DNA of 64,000 nt, from NCBI GenBank assembly GCA_963700285.1, contig CAVOXA010000010.1, positions 1,888,001 through 1,952,000 on the forward strand. Direction: 5' to 3'. Position numbers and translations under genes: made by a program. Positions 39,910 to 49,892 of this stretch are shown piece after piece; positions within the stretch are counted from its first letter, which is position 1; every line of letters starts with the position of its first letter. The stretch is from an uncultured Chloroflexia bacterium (GTDB taxonomy: Bacteria > Chloroflexota > Anaerolineae > JAAYZQ01). Under the pieces are notes generated by a model that made no database searches, was not told where the DNA came from, and saw nothing but the letters and a program-made list of their open reading frames with translations.

Positions 39910-41007
39910 TCACAAGATCTCCAGAATCGCGGGCCGGCTGTGGGTCCGTCCCTCCGCCTCAACTTCCAACATCGGCCAGCCCTCGATCTCTGTGATGACT
40001 CTATAGCCAGCCTCGCCGACCAGAATCGTATCCTCCGACTTTGTGCCCGTGATCGATGGATTCCAGGCATAGGCCTGCCCGGCAAACACAAGGTCGGTCG
40101 AGCCGGGTGTGGCCACATACTCACGCGGCTCGTAAGCGGCTGGACCGCCCTGGTGATGCAACTGCCATTCATCCGGGAAGCCGGCCGCGGCGTAGGCCAC
40201 CATCGCCTCCTGAAAGACCTCGCCCAGGCTCCGCCCTGGACGGGAGGCGGCAAGGAATACAGCATCTATTTGGGCCACGGCCTCTGCCTTGCGCCTTAGC
40301 TCATCGGGTAGAGGGCCAAAGTGTACCAGCCGCGTCACCGAGGCCACCAGCCCCCACTGCCGCGCGCAGAGCACCAGCATGGCATAGCGCTCTAACTCCT
40401 TACCGGTGGGCAAGGGGTGCCGGTAATTGTAGATACGCTGGTCGGTGGCGATGAGGTTCACTGTCACCTGCACTCCGTGCTTTTCGCCCTCGCAGGCCAG
40501 TAGGCTGGCGATCTCATATTCGGTCTGGCCGGGGCATATAACCCGCACCGCGCTGTCCATGGCCTCAGCGCAGAGCCGGCCCACTGTGCGAAAGCGATCG
40601 CCTTCCTCCGCGGTCAAGTTGGCTCGCAATCGGGCCAGTTCGTCCGAGAGATCCGTAGCACCAGCGTAGGGCCCATCAGCACCCAATCTGAGCCCCTGGG
40701 TCCGTTGGGCCACTGCCGCCTGCGGCTCGTACCAGGGCCCGACACATAGCTCCCATCCCTGGGCTGCCAGGCCCTCTTCTTGCTCCAACCGCGGCGCCTC
40801 GATGTTGTTGGTGATCACATACCTGCCGGCAGGCGTGATAAGCAGCGATGCCTCGCCGGTGCTCGAAGCCGTGTGCACGTAGGATGCCCGGCCACAGGTG
40901 GCCCAGGCGAAGCTGCTTACCCGCTGCAAGAGCAGGGCATCAAGGCCGCGCTCTGCCAGCAAGGCCTGGATGCGTTCTTGTTTTCCCTCGAATTCAGTCA
41001 TGGGCAT
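39910..41007 (-). CDS. M24 (pita-bread fold) hydrolase, creatinase/prolidase-like
   Basis: YRHPLPT, LHHQGG, AWNPSITGTKSEDT. Confidence 0.8.
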   Translation of the reverse strand: MPMTEFEGKQERIQALLAERGLDALLLQRVSSFAWATCGRASYVHTASSTGEASLLITPAGRYVITNNIEAPRLEQEEGLAAQGWELCVGPWYEPQAAVAQRTQGLRLGADGPYAGATDLSDELARLRANLTAEEGDRFRTVGRLCAEAMDSAVRVICPGQTEYEIASLLACEGEKHGVQVTVNLIATDQRIYNYRHPLPTGKELERYAMLVLCARQWGLVASVTRLVHFGPLPDELRRKAEAVAQIDAVFLAASRPGRSLGEVFQEAMVAYAAAGFPDEWQLHHQGGPAAYEPREYVATPGSTDLVFAGQAYAWNPSITGTKSEDTILVGEAGYRVITEIEGWPMLEVEAEGRTHSRPAILEIL

Positions 41008-41031
41008 ACTCCTTGCGCCGGGCCCACACGC

Positions 41032-42447
41032 TCAGCATGTAGGCGCGTGATAGTAGACATCCCAGCCCATGTATTTGGCCAGCGCCTCATTCACGGCAGC
41101 CGCCACCTGCGAGCGGTTCATGGCTACGTGGTGCTCGTAGCCGTTTTCACAGATGTGCTTCAGCAACCCCTGGAATTCGGGTATCTCGATGACGCCAAAG
41201 CCGCCAAACGTATCCAGCGGGTCGTCGGTGATCCGTCCCTCACCCAGGTAGACACGGATGGCACCCCGAGCGTCGTCCGTCGACACGCGGCAGTAGCTGA
41301 ATGGCCCGCTCTTCACCCGCCCTACCACCGTGCCGTAGGTGTTCTCCTTGCCCACTGACCCGGCGATGATGTCCTGGTAGGACATCTCGGTTTCCTCAAA
41401 AAAGTCCTTGGGTAAGTTGCTACAGTGAAACATCACGCCCTTGTTGGGATCGTCGCCATAGTTATTGTTCCAGTCCAGCAGAGCGCTGGGCCTGTCCGAG
41501 GCGAGGGCCATGGCGTACATGCCTATCGCGCCGGTGATGTCGGTCTCGCAGGCGCTGGGCCTCAGTGTGTTGCTCAGCATGCTCATCACCGTGCAGGGCA
41601 CGATACCAAAATACTCCTCGATGGCAGTCCAGCACTGGAACGCCGTGGCTACCAGTTCATTTTCGTCCATCCATCGCTCCACCACCAGAGCGAATTTGGC
41701 CATTTTCATCAACGCCCCGGCCGGTATGCTCTGCGTCGGGACGTAGTCCTTGATCGCTTTGAGCTTTTCCTGTACCTCGGGATCATCGTCGGCCAGCTTG
41801 CCGACCCGGCCAAAGGCATCCGACAGGTCCAGGGAATCGACACTGATGCCGGCCCGCTCCAGGAGTTTCTCGCTAAAGCGCACGGTGATGAACGCCGCCG
41901 GGCGGGCGCCGAGCATACCAAACTTGGCTCCCCGCAGGCCCCGCACAACCCGGCAGGTACCGGCAAACTGGCGTAGATCCTGACGAAAACTCTCCGAGTC
42001 CGGCGCAACGGTGTGCAGGCTTGTCAGGGTGTAGGGGATGTCGTACTGCCACAGGCTGTTGCACAGTGACATCTTGCCGCAGAAACTGTCCCGCCGGTTG
42101 GCCAGCGTCATTTTGCCCACCTCGTCGGGAAAGGCCTGGACCAACACCGGCACGTCCAATCCCGACAAACGGACAGCATTGGCCGCGCCCCTTTCATCAC
42201 CAAAGTTGGGCAGGGTGATCAGGATGCCATCAATCTTTTGGCCATGCTCCTTGAACAGTGCAGCGCACTTTTTCGCATCTTCCAGTGTCTCCACCGAACC
42301 AAAGGGCGTGTCCTCAATACCCAGAAACACTGCCCCGATGCCTTCTTTTTCCAGCACGCGCAGGACCTCCGCGCGCCCAGTCTCACAAAGGTGGTCGGGG
42401 AAGAAACCCCGGTTGGCGACGATGACACCCAATGTTGTCTTGCTCAT
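41032..42447 (-). CDS. L-fucose/L-arabinose isomerase family protein
   Basis: PNFGDE, RRDSFCGK, QCW, ACETD, FHCSN, EHHVA. Confidence 0.85.
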   Translation of the reverse strand: MSKTTLGVIVANRGFFPDHLCETGRAEVLRVLEKEGIGAVFLGIEDTPFGSVETLEDAKKCAALFKEHGQKIDGILITLPNFGDERGAANAVRLSGLDVPVLVQAFPDEVGKMTLANRRDSFCGKMSLCNSLWQYDIPYTLTSLHTVAPDSESFRQDLRQFAGTCRVVRGLRGAKFGMLGARPAAFITVRFSEKLLERAGISVDSLDLSDAFGRVGKLADDDPEVQEKLKAIKDYVPTQSIPAGALMKMAKFALVVERWMDENELVATAFQCWTAIEEYFGIVPCTVMSMLSNTLRPSACETDITGAIGMYAMALASDRPSALLDWNNNYGDDPNKGVMFHCSNLPKDFFEETEMSYQDIIAGSVGKENTYGTVVGRVKSGPFSYCRVSTDDARGAIRVYLGEGRITDDPLDTFGGFGVIEIPEFQGLLKHICENGYEHHVAMNRSQVAAAVNEALAKYMGWDVYYHAPTC

Positions 42448-42533
42448 ATCTTGCCTACCTCCTTGCGTTTCTCATGGGATGATAGACTGCCATTGTGTTC
42501 TCTGTGCGAACGATGGCAATCTGGTCCGATAGT

Positions 42534-43844
42534 CTACAGCCTCTCGGCCTCTTCGCGGGCGATTTGCACCCACCGGACCACCCGTCTGGGATCCTTGCCA
42601 ATGGTGTGATTGTCCTTCATGATCACTTCTACCCGGCAGTCACGGGTAGGGCGCAGCGCATCGCGCAACTGTTTCCGGACCTCCTTCTCATCAAAGTAAC
42701 TCACAGCCAGCGGCGTGGGGCTGGGCTTGATGGACATGATGAAGCGATCCTCCATCATGGCGGCCAGGTCGGGGATGTTGGCCCAGGGCGAGACAGAAAC
42801 ACGCCGCAGGCGAGGAATATCCTTGATGTACTCCCAGCGCTTGTCCACCGGCTCGCAGCAACCATAGCAATTCAGGCCAAAGCGTTCCAGGATAGGGATC
42901 TGGTAGGGCAGAATAGACTCGGCAAACATCTTGGGTGAGACGCCAATGGTCTCCTGGCTCTCGCCAAAACCCCACATGTCGATGGTGCGTACTCTGCCGT
43001 CAAAATCCGACTGGGGAAGCTCGTCGCTCCAGCCGAAACCACCCGAGCCCACATAAGTGCCATCGTTGTTGAGGCTCAGCAGTCCATTCTCCTCCAGATA
43101 GTCCAGCTTGGCCAGGTGGCCGTCACGCAGAATCGTCAACAGTTGGTGCACCTGGTCAGGACTGTCCATCAGGTCATACATAAAGTTGGTCAGGCCGCGT
43201 AAATTAATGAGCGTCCAGGTCATGCCCAGCGTCCACCACCAGGCGGTCTGAAGGCGTACCTCCAGCAAATCGCCCAGGGTCTCCTCCGCCAGCTCGACCA
43301 CCCGGGCTGTAGCTTCCCCGTCTACCTCGATAACCGGTGCGTGCAGTTTCTCCAGATCGTCAAAGCTCTTCAGGGGCGCCTCCCAGATATAAGAGCCACC
43401 ATCGTGCCCGCCGATCTTGTTCTCGTGCATGCCCCAGTCGCTCTCGGTGTACACGTGGGGTACAATAAAGCGGGGCAACACCACCCGATCGTCACACATT
43501 TCCGCACCCCAGAAGATCTCCTTGCGCAGGGTCATCTCCCAGCGCAGGGCCAGATCCCCCTCACACTCTAACTGGTCAAGGGTTATGATCTCGTTCCAGC
43601 CGTTCTCCGGGTCACAGAAAATGACCGGACGCGTGGGCTCCAGGGCATTAAGCTTGTACCATAGCTTGCGTTTCTCCTGCTCCACGGGACGCGCGGCCAG
43701 CTCGGCTACTTGAGCCGCCAGCCGGCGCAGTACTTGCCGGTCAGTGGGGCTGATCCTCAAGTCAGTGGCTACCTCGCCCATTGTGCTCAGCGTAGCCGCT
43801 GTTTGATCAAGCAACCTCTTTTTGACATCCGTATCAGCCATCAT
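42534..43844 (-). CDS. UroD/MtaA-like TIM-barrel protein of unknown function
   Basis: LRGLTNFMYDL, VSPKMFAE, YGCCEP, SVSPW. Confidence 0.65.
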   Translation of the reverse strand: MMADTDVKKRLLDQTAATLSTMGEVATDLRISPTDRQVLRRLAAQVAELAARPVEQEKRKLWYKLNALEPTRPVIFCDPENGWNEIITLDQLECEGDLALRWEMTLRKEIFWGAEMCDDRVVLPRFIVPHVYTESDWGMHENKIGGHDGGSYIWEAPLKSFDDLEKLHAPVIEVDGEATARVVELAEETLGDLLEVRLQTAWWWTLGMTWTLINLRGLTNFMYDLMDSPDQVHQLLTILRDGHLAKLDYLEENGLLSLNNDGTYVGSGGFGWSDELPQSDFDGRVRTIDMWGFGESQETIGVSPKMFAESILPYQIPILERFGLNCYGCCEPVDKRWEYIKDIPRLRRVSVSPWANIPDLAAMMEDRFIMSIKPSPTPLAVSYFDEKEVRKQLRDALRPTRDCRVEVIMKDNHTIGKDPRRVVRWVQIAREEAERL

Positions 43845-43865
43845 AACTTCTCTCTCTCGTTCAGC

Positions 43866-45518
43866 CTATTTTATTACTGCGCCTCGGTCGGCCGGGCCAA
43901 CGAGACGAGAATAAGTCGCCAAGAATCCAGTGGTGACGGCAGGCTCGCGCCGCTTCCAGCTGACCAGCCGGTCTCGGATTTCCTCATCAGAAAGCCGGAC
44001 GTCCAGGCGACGGTTGGGGATGTCAATTTCGATCAGGTCCCCCTCTTGTACAGCAGCCAGCGGCCCCCCGGCGTAAGCCTCTGGGGTTACGTGTCCAATG
44101 CAGGGGCCGCGGGTGGCGCCAGAATAGCGACCGTCGGTGACCATGGCCACCGAATCGCCAAGCCCCATGCCGACCAGCATCGCCGCCGGGATCGACAGCT
44201 CGCGCATGCCCGGGCCGCCTGCTGGCCCCTCGTTGCGGATCACCAGCACGTCGCCGGGTCGGACGCTGCGCGACATGAGCGAGTCACGCACCTCGTCCTC
44301 GCTTTCGAACACCCGGGCGGGTCCCACGTGACGGAGCATCTCGGGGTGTACCGCACTCTGCTTCACCACGGCTCCGCGCGGCGCCAAGTTGCCCTTGAGC
44401 ACTGCAATGCCGCCCTCCAGGGCCAGGGGTTTGTCGAGCGAACGTACCACATCACCATCTGGATCCGGGGCATCTTCCGCAATCTGCCCGATAGTACGGC
44501 CGCCGACGGTGGGTGTGCCGCCATCCAGCAGAGGCGCCAGAACCTTGAGTACAGTGGGAATACCCCCGACCCGATCCAGGTCCACCACAGTATGCTGGGT
44601 CGCGGGTTTGAATTTGGCGATCAGGGGCGTGGTCCGGCTCAGCCGGTCGAAATCGTCGGGGGTCAACTCCAAGCCCGCACAGTCAGCCACTGCCGGCAGG
44701 TGCAAGGTGGCATTGGTTGAGCCTCCCAAAGCCAGACAGACCCGCACCGCATTTTCCAGGGATGGCCGGGTCAACATCTCCTTTGCAGTCCGCCCTTCTC
44801 TCACCAGCGCTACAGCCTGACGGCCACTGGCGCGGCACAACTCAGCCCGGCGGGAGTCAGTGGCTGGCAGCGTGGCGCAGCCCGGCAGTGTGAGGCCCAG
44901 CGCCTCGGCGACACTGGCCATTGTATTGGCCGTACCCATGAAGGCACAGGCCCCTGGGCCGCCACAGGCCAGACACTCGATCTCGTAGAAGGTTTCTTCA
45001 GAGATATGGCCGGCCTTGTAGCGCCCCATGGCCTCCTTGACGTCGCTCAGGACGATGGTCTTGCCCTCGTATTGGGCTGGGGCCATGGGACCCCCTGTGA
45101 CGATCACTGCCGGCAGGTCAATGCGCGCCGCCGCCATAAGCAGGCCGGGGATGATTTTGTCACAAGTACCCAGCATCACCATACCCTCAAAGCGATTGGC
45201 CCCCGCCATCAGTTCCACGCTGGCGGCGATGGCGTCGCGCATGGGCAGGATGTAGTGCATGCCCCGCCCCTGGGCGATGCCGTCACAGGGGGCGACCGTG
45301 TTAAACTCCACGGGCATGCCTCCAGCCTCGTGGACCCCCTCCTTGACCCACTCGGCCAACTGGCGCAAGTGATAGTGTCCCGGATTAACCTCGCTCCAGG
45401 AATTGGCAATACCAATCAATGGTCGCTCAAAATCGGCGTCGCCAAAGCCCATTGCCCGGTACAGCGACCGCGGGTAGGCACCGGCGATTCCCTCAAATAC
45501 ACCCCGTCCTTTTGACAT
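43866..45518 (-). CDS. IlvD/Edd-family dehydratase
   Basis: PCDGIAQG, TCDKIIPG, CAFMGTANTM, GGSTN, GPGMRE, TDGRYSG. True start at MSKGRG. Context favours a sugar-acid substrate. Confidence 0.9.
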   Translation of the reverse strand: MSKGRGVFEGIAGAYPRSLYRAMGFGDADFERPLIGIANSWSEVNPGHYHLRQLAEWVKEGVHEAGGMPVEFNTVAPCDGIAQGRGMHYILPMRDAIAASVELMAGANRFEGMVMLGTCDKIIPGLLMAAARIDLPAVIVTGGPMAPAQYEGKTIVLSDVKEAMGRYKAGHISEETFYEIECLACGGPGACAFMGTANTMASVAEALGLTLPGCATLPATDSRRAELCRASGRQAVALVREGRTAKEMLTRPSLENAVRVCLALGGSTNATLHLPAVADCAGLELTPDDFDRLSRTTPLIAKFKPATQHTVVDLDRVGGIPTVLKVLAPLLDGGTPTVGGRTIGQIAEDAPDPDGDVVRSLDKPLALEGGIAVLKGNLAPRGAVVKQSAVHPEMLRHVGPARVFESEDEVRDSLMSRSVRPGDVLVIRNEGPAGGPGMRELSIPAAMLVGMGLGDSVAMVTDGRYSGATRGPCIGHVTPEAYAGGPLAAVQEGDLIEIDIPNRRLDVRLSDEEIRDRLVSWKRREPAVTTGFLATYSRLVGPADRGAVIK

Positions 45519-45619
45519 TGCTGAGCAAAGAGCCTCCAGCCAGAATCTGGCAAGACCCACGACCCCTGCAAAGAACCAAACAAGGCACAGCCTTGCCGCC
45601 TTAGCAAGGGGACGTCTTC

Positions 45620-46009
45620 TTAGTTGAAATAATCTACGTTCATGAGCAGCCCGACGATGACCAGGAACCACAGAAAGGCCACCGCCAGCGCTACAACCGG
45701 TGCGCTGACGATCAACAGGAACCACCGGGCCGCACCCATGGCGGCAAAGACGAGGCCCAGGCCAAAACCGACGATGCTGCCCTTCAAAATGCGCCGGCCA
45801 GCATAGAAAGCTCCAATGGCCACGATCAGGTCGAACAGGCCATAGGCCACCAGACCGACCGTATGGGTCACGATCCAAAACTGATCAAAGCCTTCCGGCC
45901 TAATGACGGCAGCCAGAGCGGAGATCAGCGCAAAGGCGGCCAACACGAACAGCATGATGGCGGCGTAGGTCACCATTCCGGGGCGTTTTCTCTCGAGCCT
46001 GTGGGACAT
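45620..46009 (-). CDS. Small membrane protein
   Basis: RPGMVT followed by four hydrophobic helices; GGAGG RBS. Confidence 0.7.
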   Translation of the reverse strand: MSHRLERKRPGMVTYAAIMLFVLAAFALISALAAVIRPEGFDQFWIVTHTVGLVAYGLFDLIVAIGAFYAGRRILKGSIVGFGLGLVFAAMGAARWFLLIVSAPVVALAVAFLWFLVIVGLLMNVDYFN

Positions 46010-46055
46010 TTGCGTTCCTCCTCCTTGGATTCAGGGTTTCTGCAGTCAATAGGGA

Positions 46056-46688
46056 TCAGGTCCTCATCCGCTCCTGGAAGGCATGTTGGAGCTGCGGATC
46101 CTCGATAGAGTTGACGTCGATCAGTTCCTTGATGCCAGGGAATTCAACCGCTGGCTTGATGACCCCATCCGGAAGCATAGCAATGATATCGGTAAAAGGC
46201 CTGTGGGTCAAGTCTGATACCCCCTCCAGGGTCTCTCGTGACGCGCGCTGGGACGCTTGTCGGTGAGCCGGATACCCACAACCGCTTTCCACACTGAAGA
46301 GCCTGTCAAAAATGAACTGAAGGTTTACGTCGGCCGCCCAACCGTAGCCCTGGTTCAGCATCAGGGATATGCAGTTCCCACCGTTAATCTGTGTAAAGAG
46401 CCAAGCATCCAGTGAAGTCAGGATGTGGCCACAGAACACGCCCGGATACTGCATCACCGCATTGAGGTAGCCCTGCCCGGTACCACAGCCGCCGATGACA
46501 AAGTCAACGCGTTTCAGGTTCAGCAGGATCGCCGAGATCAACCCGGTGTGAATATAGGTGATTTCCGGCGTGGCACCATTCTTGGTCATTCCGGCATTGA
46601 TCACCTCGTGGCCACGACCCTCAAAAGCCGCCAGGATATCGGCGTTGCGGTCAGCAGCGCTGGTTTCATTGACAACTGCTATCTTCAT
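46056..46688 (-). CDS. RpiB/LacAB-family isomerase (long form)
   Basis: MKIAVVNE, GGCGTGQG, QINGGN, GYGW. Confidence 0.85.
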   Translation of the reverse strand: MKIAVVNETSAADRNADILAAFEGRGHEVINAGMTKNGATPEITYIHTGLISAILLNLKRVDFVIGGCGTGQGYLNAVMQYPGVFCGHILTSLDAWLFTQINGGNCISLMLNQGYGWAADVNLQFIFDRLFSVESGCGYPAHRQASQRASRETLEGVSDLTHRPFTDIIAMLPDGVIKPAVEFPGIKELIDVNSIEDPQLQHAFQERMRT

Positions 46689-46750
46689 ATTCGATCTCCT
46701 TCGGTAAATCCCAAGTCCTTCGACTTTGCTCAAGACAAGGCCAGAACAGG

Positions 46751-47701
46751 TTACTTGCGCTCTAGCACGTGTTCGGCTGCGGCGACGACATCGTCCACCG
46801 CCAGACCAAAAGCATCCATCAAAGTCTCCGGGTCACGGGCGGTAAGAGCAAAAGTATCGGCCACCCCCACTCGGACCAGTGGCGTCGGACAGCGCTCGCC
46901 GAGCGCCTCTGCCACTGCTCCTCCGAGCCCACCAATGATCGAATGCTCCTCGGCCGTGACGATGGCTCCGGTTTCCGCGGCTGCTTGACAGATGAGATCC
47001 ACGTCGAGCGGCTTGATGGTATGGATCTCCAACACCCGGGCATTGATCCCCTTCTGGGCCAGTTTTCCGGCAGCCAGCAAGCTTCGGCCGACCATGGCCC
47101 CCGTGGCAACGATGGTCACGTCACCACCGTCCCTCAGGCCGATGCCCTTGCCGATCTCTACCTCAAGCCCCTCATCGTGCACAGGGATCGTCGTTGCGCG
47201 GCTGAGGCGCAGGTAGACCGGCCCATCATATTCGGCGATCACCGGTACCCATTTTCCTGCTTCTACCGTATCAGCCGGCACAATCACCGTCATGTCGGGC
47301 ATCGCCCGCAGGATGGCAATATCTGTGATGGCGTTGTGGGTAGGACCATCCTTAAAGTCCGACAGCCCCGCATAGCCAGCAGCCAGCTTGACATTTGTCC
47401 GGGCGTAGGCCACGCAAGTACGGATCTGTTCTGCGGCCCGCAGGGATAGCAGGGCGGCAAAGGCGTTGGCAAAGGGAATTTTGCCCCCCAGAGCCAGCCC
47501 AACTGCCACGTCCACGAGGCAGGGCTCCGCGATGCCGATATTGTAGAACCGTTCGGGGTAGCGCTGGGCAAAAAAGTGGGCCAGGGTTGAGCTAGAGGTA
47601 TCCGCGTCCAGGACAACGACGTCCGGGTTCACCTCGCCGTATGCCATCAGCGCGCGCCCGTAGCCTTCTCGCATGGGCATGGTCTGAGTAATGGCTGTCA
47701 T
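46751..47701 (-). CDS. Transketolase, C-terminal subunit
   Basis: NIGIAE, RAAEQIR, DGPTH, GPVYLRL, AEEHSIIGGLG. Confidence 0.92.
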   Translation of the reverse strand: MTAITQTMPMREGYGRALMAYGEVNPDVVVLDADTSSSTLAHFFAQRYPERFYNIGIAEPCLVDVAVGLALGGKIPFANAFAALLSLRAAEQIRTCVAYARTNVKLAAGYAGLSDFKDGPTHNAITDIAILRAMPDMTVIVPADTVEAGKWVPVIAEYDGPVYLRLSRATTIPVHDEGLEVEIGKGIGLRDGGDVTIVATGAMVGRSLLAAGKLAQKGINARVLEIHTIKPLDVDLICQAAAETGAIVTAEEHSIIGGLGGAVAEALGERCPTPLVRVGVADTFALTARDPETLMDAFGLAVDDVVAAAEHVLERK

Positions 47702-48540
47702 TGTGCCACCTCCTCTCCCAACTCAGCCAAGGCCTGGGCATATTCATCATCGCTGGGTGGGATCCCGTGCCACTTGGCTTTGTCCTCCATAAAAGAGACC
47801 CCTTTGCCCTTGGTCGTGCGGGCGATGATGACCGTCGGCCGGTTGTGGATCTCGGCTGCCATATCCAGCGCCTCCAGCACCTCGCGCAGGTTATGGCCAT
47901 TGATCTGCAGCACGGCCCAGTTGCAGGCGCGCCACTTGTCGGCCAGGGGCTCCATGGGCATGATCTCGTGCACGGCCCCGTCAAGCTGCACGTTGTTATA
48001 GTCCACGATGGCCGTGAGTCGGGACAGCCGGTACTTGGCTGCCGTCATCGCTCCCTCCCAGACCACGCCGGCCTGGCATTCCCCATCCCCAAGCAGGGTG
48101 TAGACCCGAGAGCTTTGGCCGTCCATCCTCGCGGCCAAGGCGAGCCCCGCTCCAATGGCCACACCATGGCCCAGCAAGCCCGAGGTCATCTCCACCCCGG
48201 GCGTCTTGAGGCGGTCGGGATGGCCTTGGAGATGGCAGTCGAGATCTCCCCATGCTTCCAAGTCCTCCATGGGGAAGAACCCGCGCCGGGCGAGGGCCGA
48301 ATACAGTATGGCGGAAGCATGCCCCTTGCTGAGGATAAACCGATCGCGCTCGGACCAGTCCGGCTGCTGAGGATCAAGGCGCATCTTTTGGAAAAAGAGG
48401 GCAGCCATGATCTCGGCGGATGACAGCGACCCGCCCGGGTGGCCGGCCCCCCTGCGATAGATCATCTTGATACTGTCCAACCGCAGCTCACGGGCTCTTT
48501 CCTGCAGTTCAAGGATCAAGGACTCGGGATAGTGAACCAT
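47698..48540 (-). CDS. Transketolase, N-terminal (ThDP-binding) subunit
   Basis: GHPGGSLS, DRFILSKGH, LQGHP, GDGE...N motif, KWHG. Confidence 0.92.
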   Translation of the reverse strand: MVHYPESLILELQERARELRLDSIKMIYRRGAGHPGGSLSSAEIMAALFFQKMRLDPQQPDWSERDRFILSKGHASAILYSALARRGFFPMEDLEAWGDLDCHLQGHPDRLKTPGVEMTSGLLGHGVAIGAGLALAARMDGQSSRVYTLLGDGECQAGVVWEGAMTAAKYRLSRLTAIVDYNNVQLDGAVHEIMPMEPLADKWRACNWAVLQINGHNLREVLEALDMAAEIHNRPTVIIARTTKGKGVSFMEDKAKWHGIPPSDDEYAQALAELGEEVAQ

Positions 48541-48723
48541 GGATATTCCTCCTCTTTGGTCAGAGTCAGGCAACCGGTAGTCTGGATCCAGTATCGACAA
48601 CCGCTTACGGATGAGATGGGTGACCGGGAGGCATTGGGCTTGACGCGGTTACATCTGCCCCAAGGCAGCCCAAACAAGCAGGGATTCTGAGCGCTGTCAT
48701 AGCCTGTACTCTCTCGTATTGAC

Positions 48724-49875
48724 TCACAGAGCCTGCCGGTACAGGTCGACGACTTGCTCATAGGTTGGCTTGCGAGGATTGACCACCTGCGCGTTGCCGC
48801 TCTCAAAGGCATCCCGAGCCATCTGTGGGATAAACTCCTCGGTCACGCCGACGTCGCTCAAGCGCGAAGGGATTCCTACTTGTGTGTTGAGCTGGTGTAC
48901 GGCTTGGACAGCAGCTTGCCCACTCGCTGCCGTGCCCATGGCCACCCCCACCCGCGCCAATTTGGCTTCACAGGCCGGCAGGTTGAAGGCCAACACAGCG
49001 GGGAGGAGGATGGCGTTTGCCAGACCGTGAGGCACGTCATAATAGGCGCTCAAAGGGTGGGCCATACCATGAACCAGTGCGGTCCGGGCATAGCTAAAGG
49101 CCATTCCCGCCATCGTACTGGCGTACAGAAGGTTCGCCCGGGGATCCAGTTCCGGCACGCGCACAGCAGCCGGCAGATTGGCAGCGATGAGGCGGATGGC
49201 TTCCAATGCCAGCCCGTCCGTGAAAGGCCCGGCAAAGAGCGAGATGACGCTTTCGATGGCATGCGTCAGCGCATCGATCCCGGTCGATGCTGTAAGGCTG
49301 GCTGGCAGCGAAAGAACCAATTCAGGATCCAAGACCGCGATATGGGGTGCCAGCAGTGGGGATCCCAGCACAACCTTTTTGCGCTGGGCCAGGTCGGTGA
49401 TGACGGCCCAGGTGGTTACCTCACTACCGGTGCCGACGGTGGTCGGCACGGCCAGGAGCGGCGCCAGGGGCTGGACGATCTTGCCCACGCCGACATAGTC
49501 CGCCAGTTCACCGCGATTCGTGGCCAGGGTGGCGACGGCTTTGGCCGCATCTATGGGGCTGCCCCCACCAACTGCTACGACGCCCTCGCAGACTGCGTCC
49601 CGGTAGAGGGCCAAGGCTTTTTCAACCGTCTCTATGCTGGGGTTGGGCTCGACGCCGTCGAAAATGGCGACGTCGATGCCTGCTCCGTCCAAGGCGGCTG
49701 TGACTCGGGTAGTGATTCCTGCCCGAGAAACTCCTTCGTCGGTTACAACCAACAGCCTGGCAACAGTGAGGCGTTGAGCCAGTTCGCCTATCCTGGCAAC
49801 CGCCCCTGGTCCATAGATGACCTCAGTGGCGGCCTGAAAGTTGGCAAGGGGGCCAGCATTTTTCGTCGTTGTCAT
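48724..49875 (-). CDS. Iron-containing alcohol dehydrogenase
   Basis: GGGSPIDAAK, PTTVGTGSE, DALTHAIE, HGMAH, HGLANA. Confidence 0.92.
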   Translation of the reverse strand: MTTTKNAGPLANFQAATEVIYGPGAVARIGELAQRLTVARLLVVTDEGVSRAGITTRVTAALDGAGIDVAIFDGVEPNPSIETVEKALALYRDAVCEGVVAVGGGSPIDAAKAVATLATNRGELADYVGVGKIVQPLAPLLAVPTTVGTGSEVTTWAVITDLAQRKKVVLGSPLLAPHIAVLDPELVLSLPASLTASTGIDALTHAIESVISLFAGPFTDGLALEAIRLIAANLPAAVRVPELDPRANLLYASTMAGMAFSYARTALVHGMAHPLSAYYDVPHGLANAILLPAVLAFNLPACEAKLARVGVAMGTAASGQAAVQAVHQLNTQVGIPSRLSDVGVTEEFIPQMARDAFESGNAQVVNPRKPTYEQVVDLYRQAL

Positions 49876-49892
49876 CTGGATGAGCCCCTCGC

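Noticed and set aside
43866-45878. 670-aa dehydratase with N-terminal extension
   Set aside because: The extension overlaps the membrane-protein gene in another frame; homology begins at 45518.
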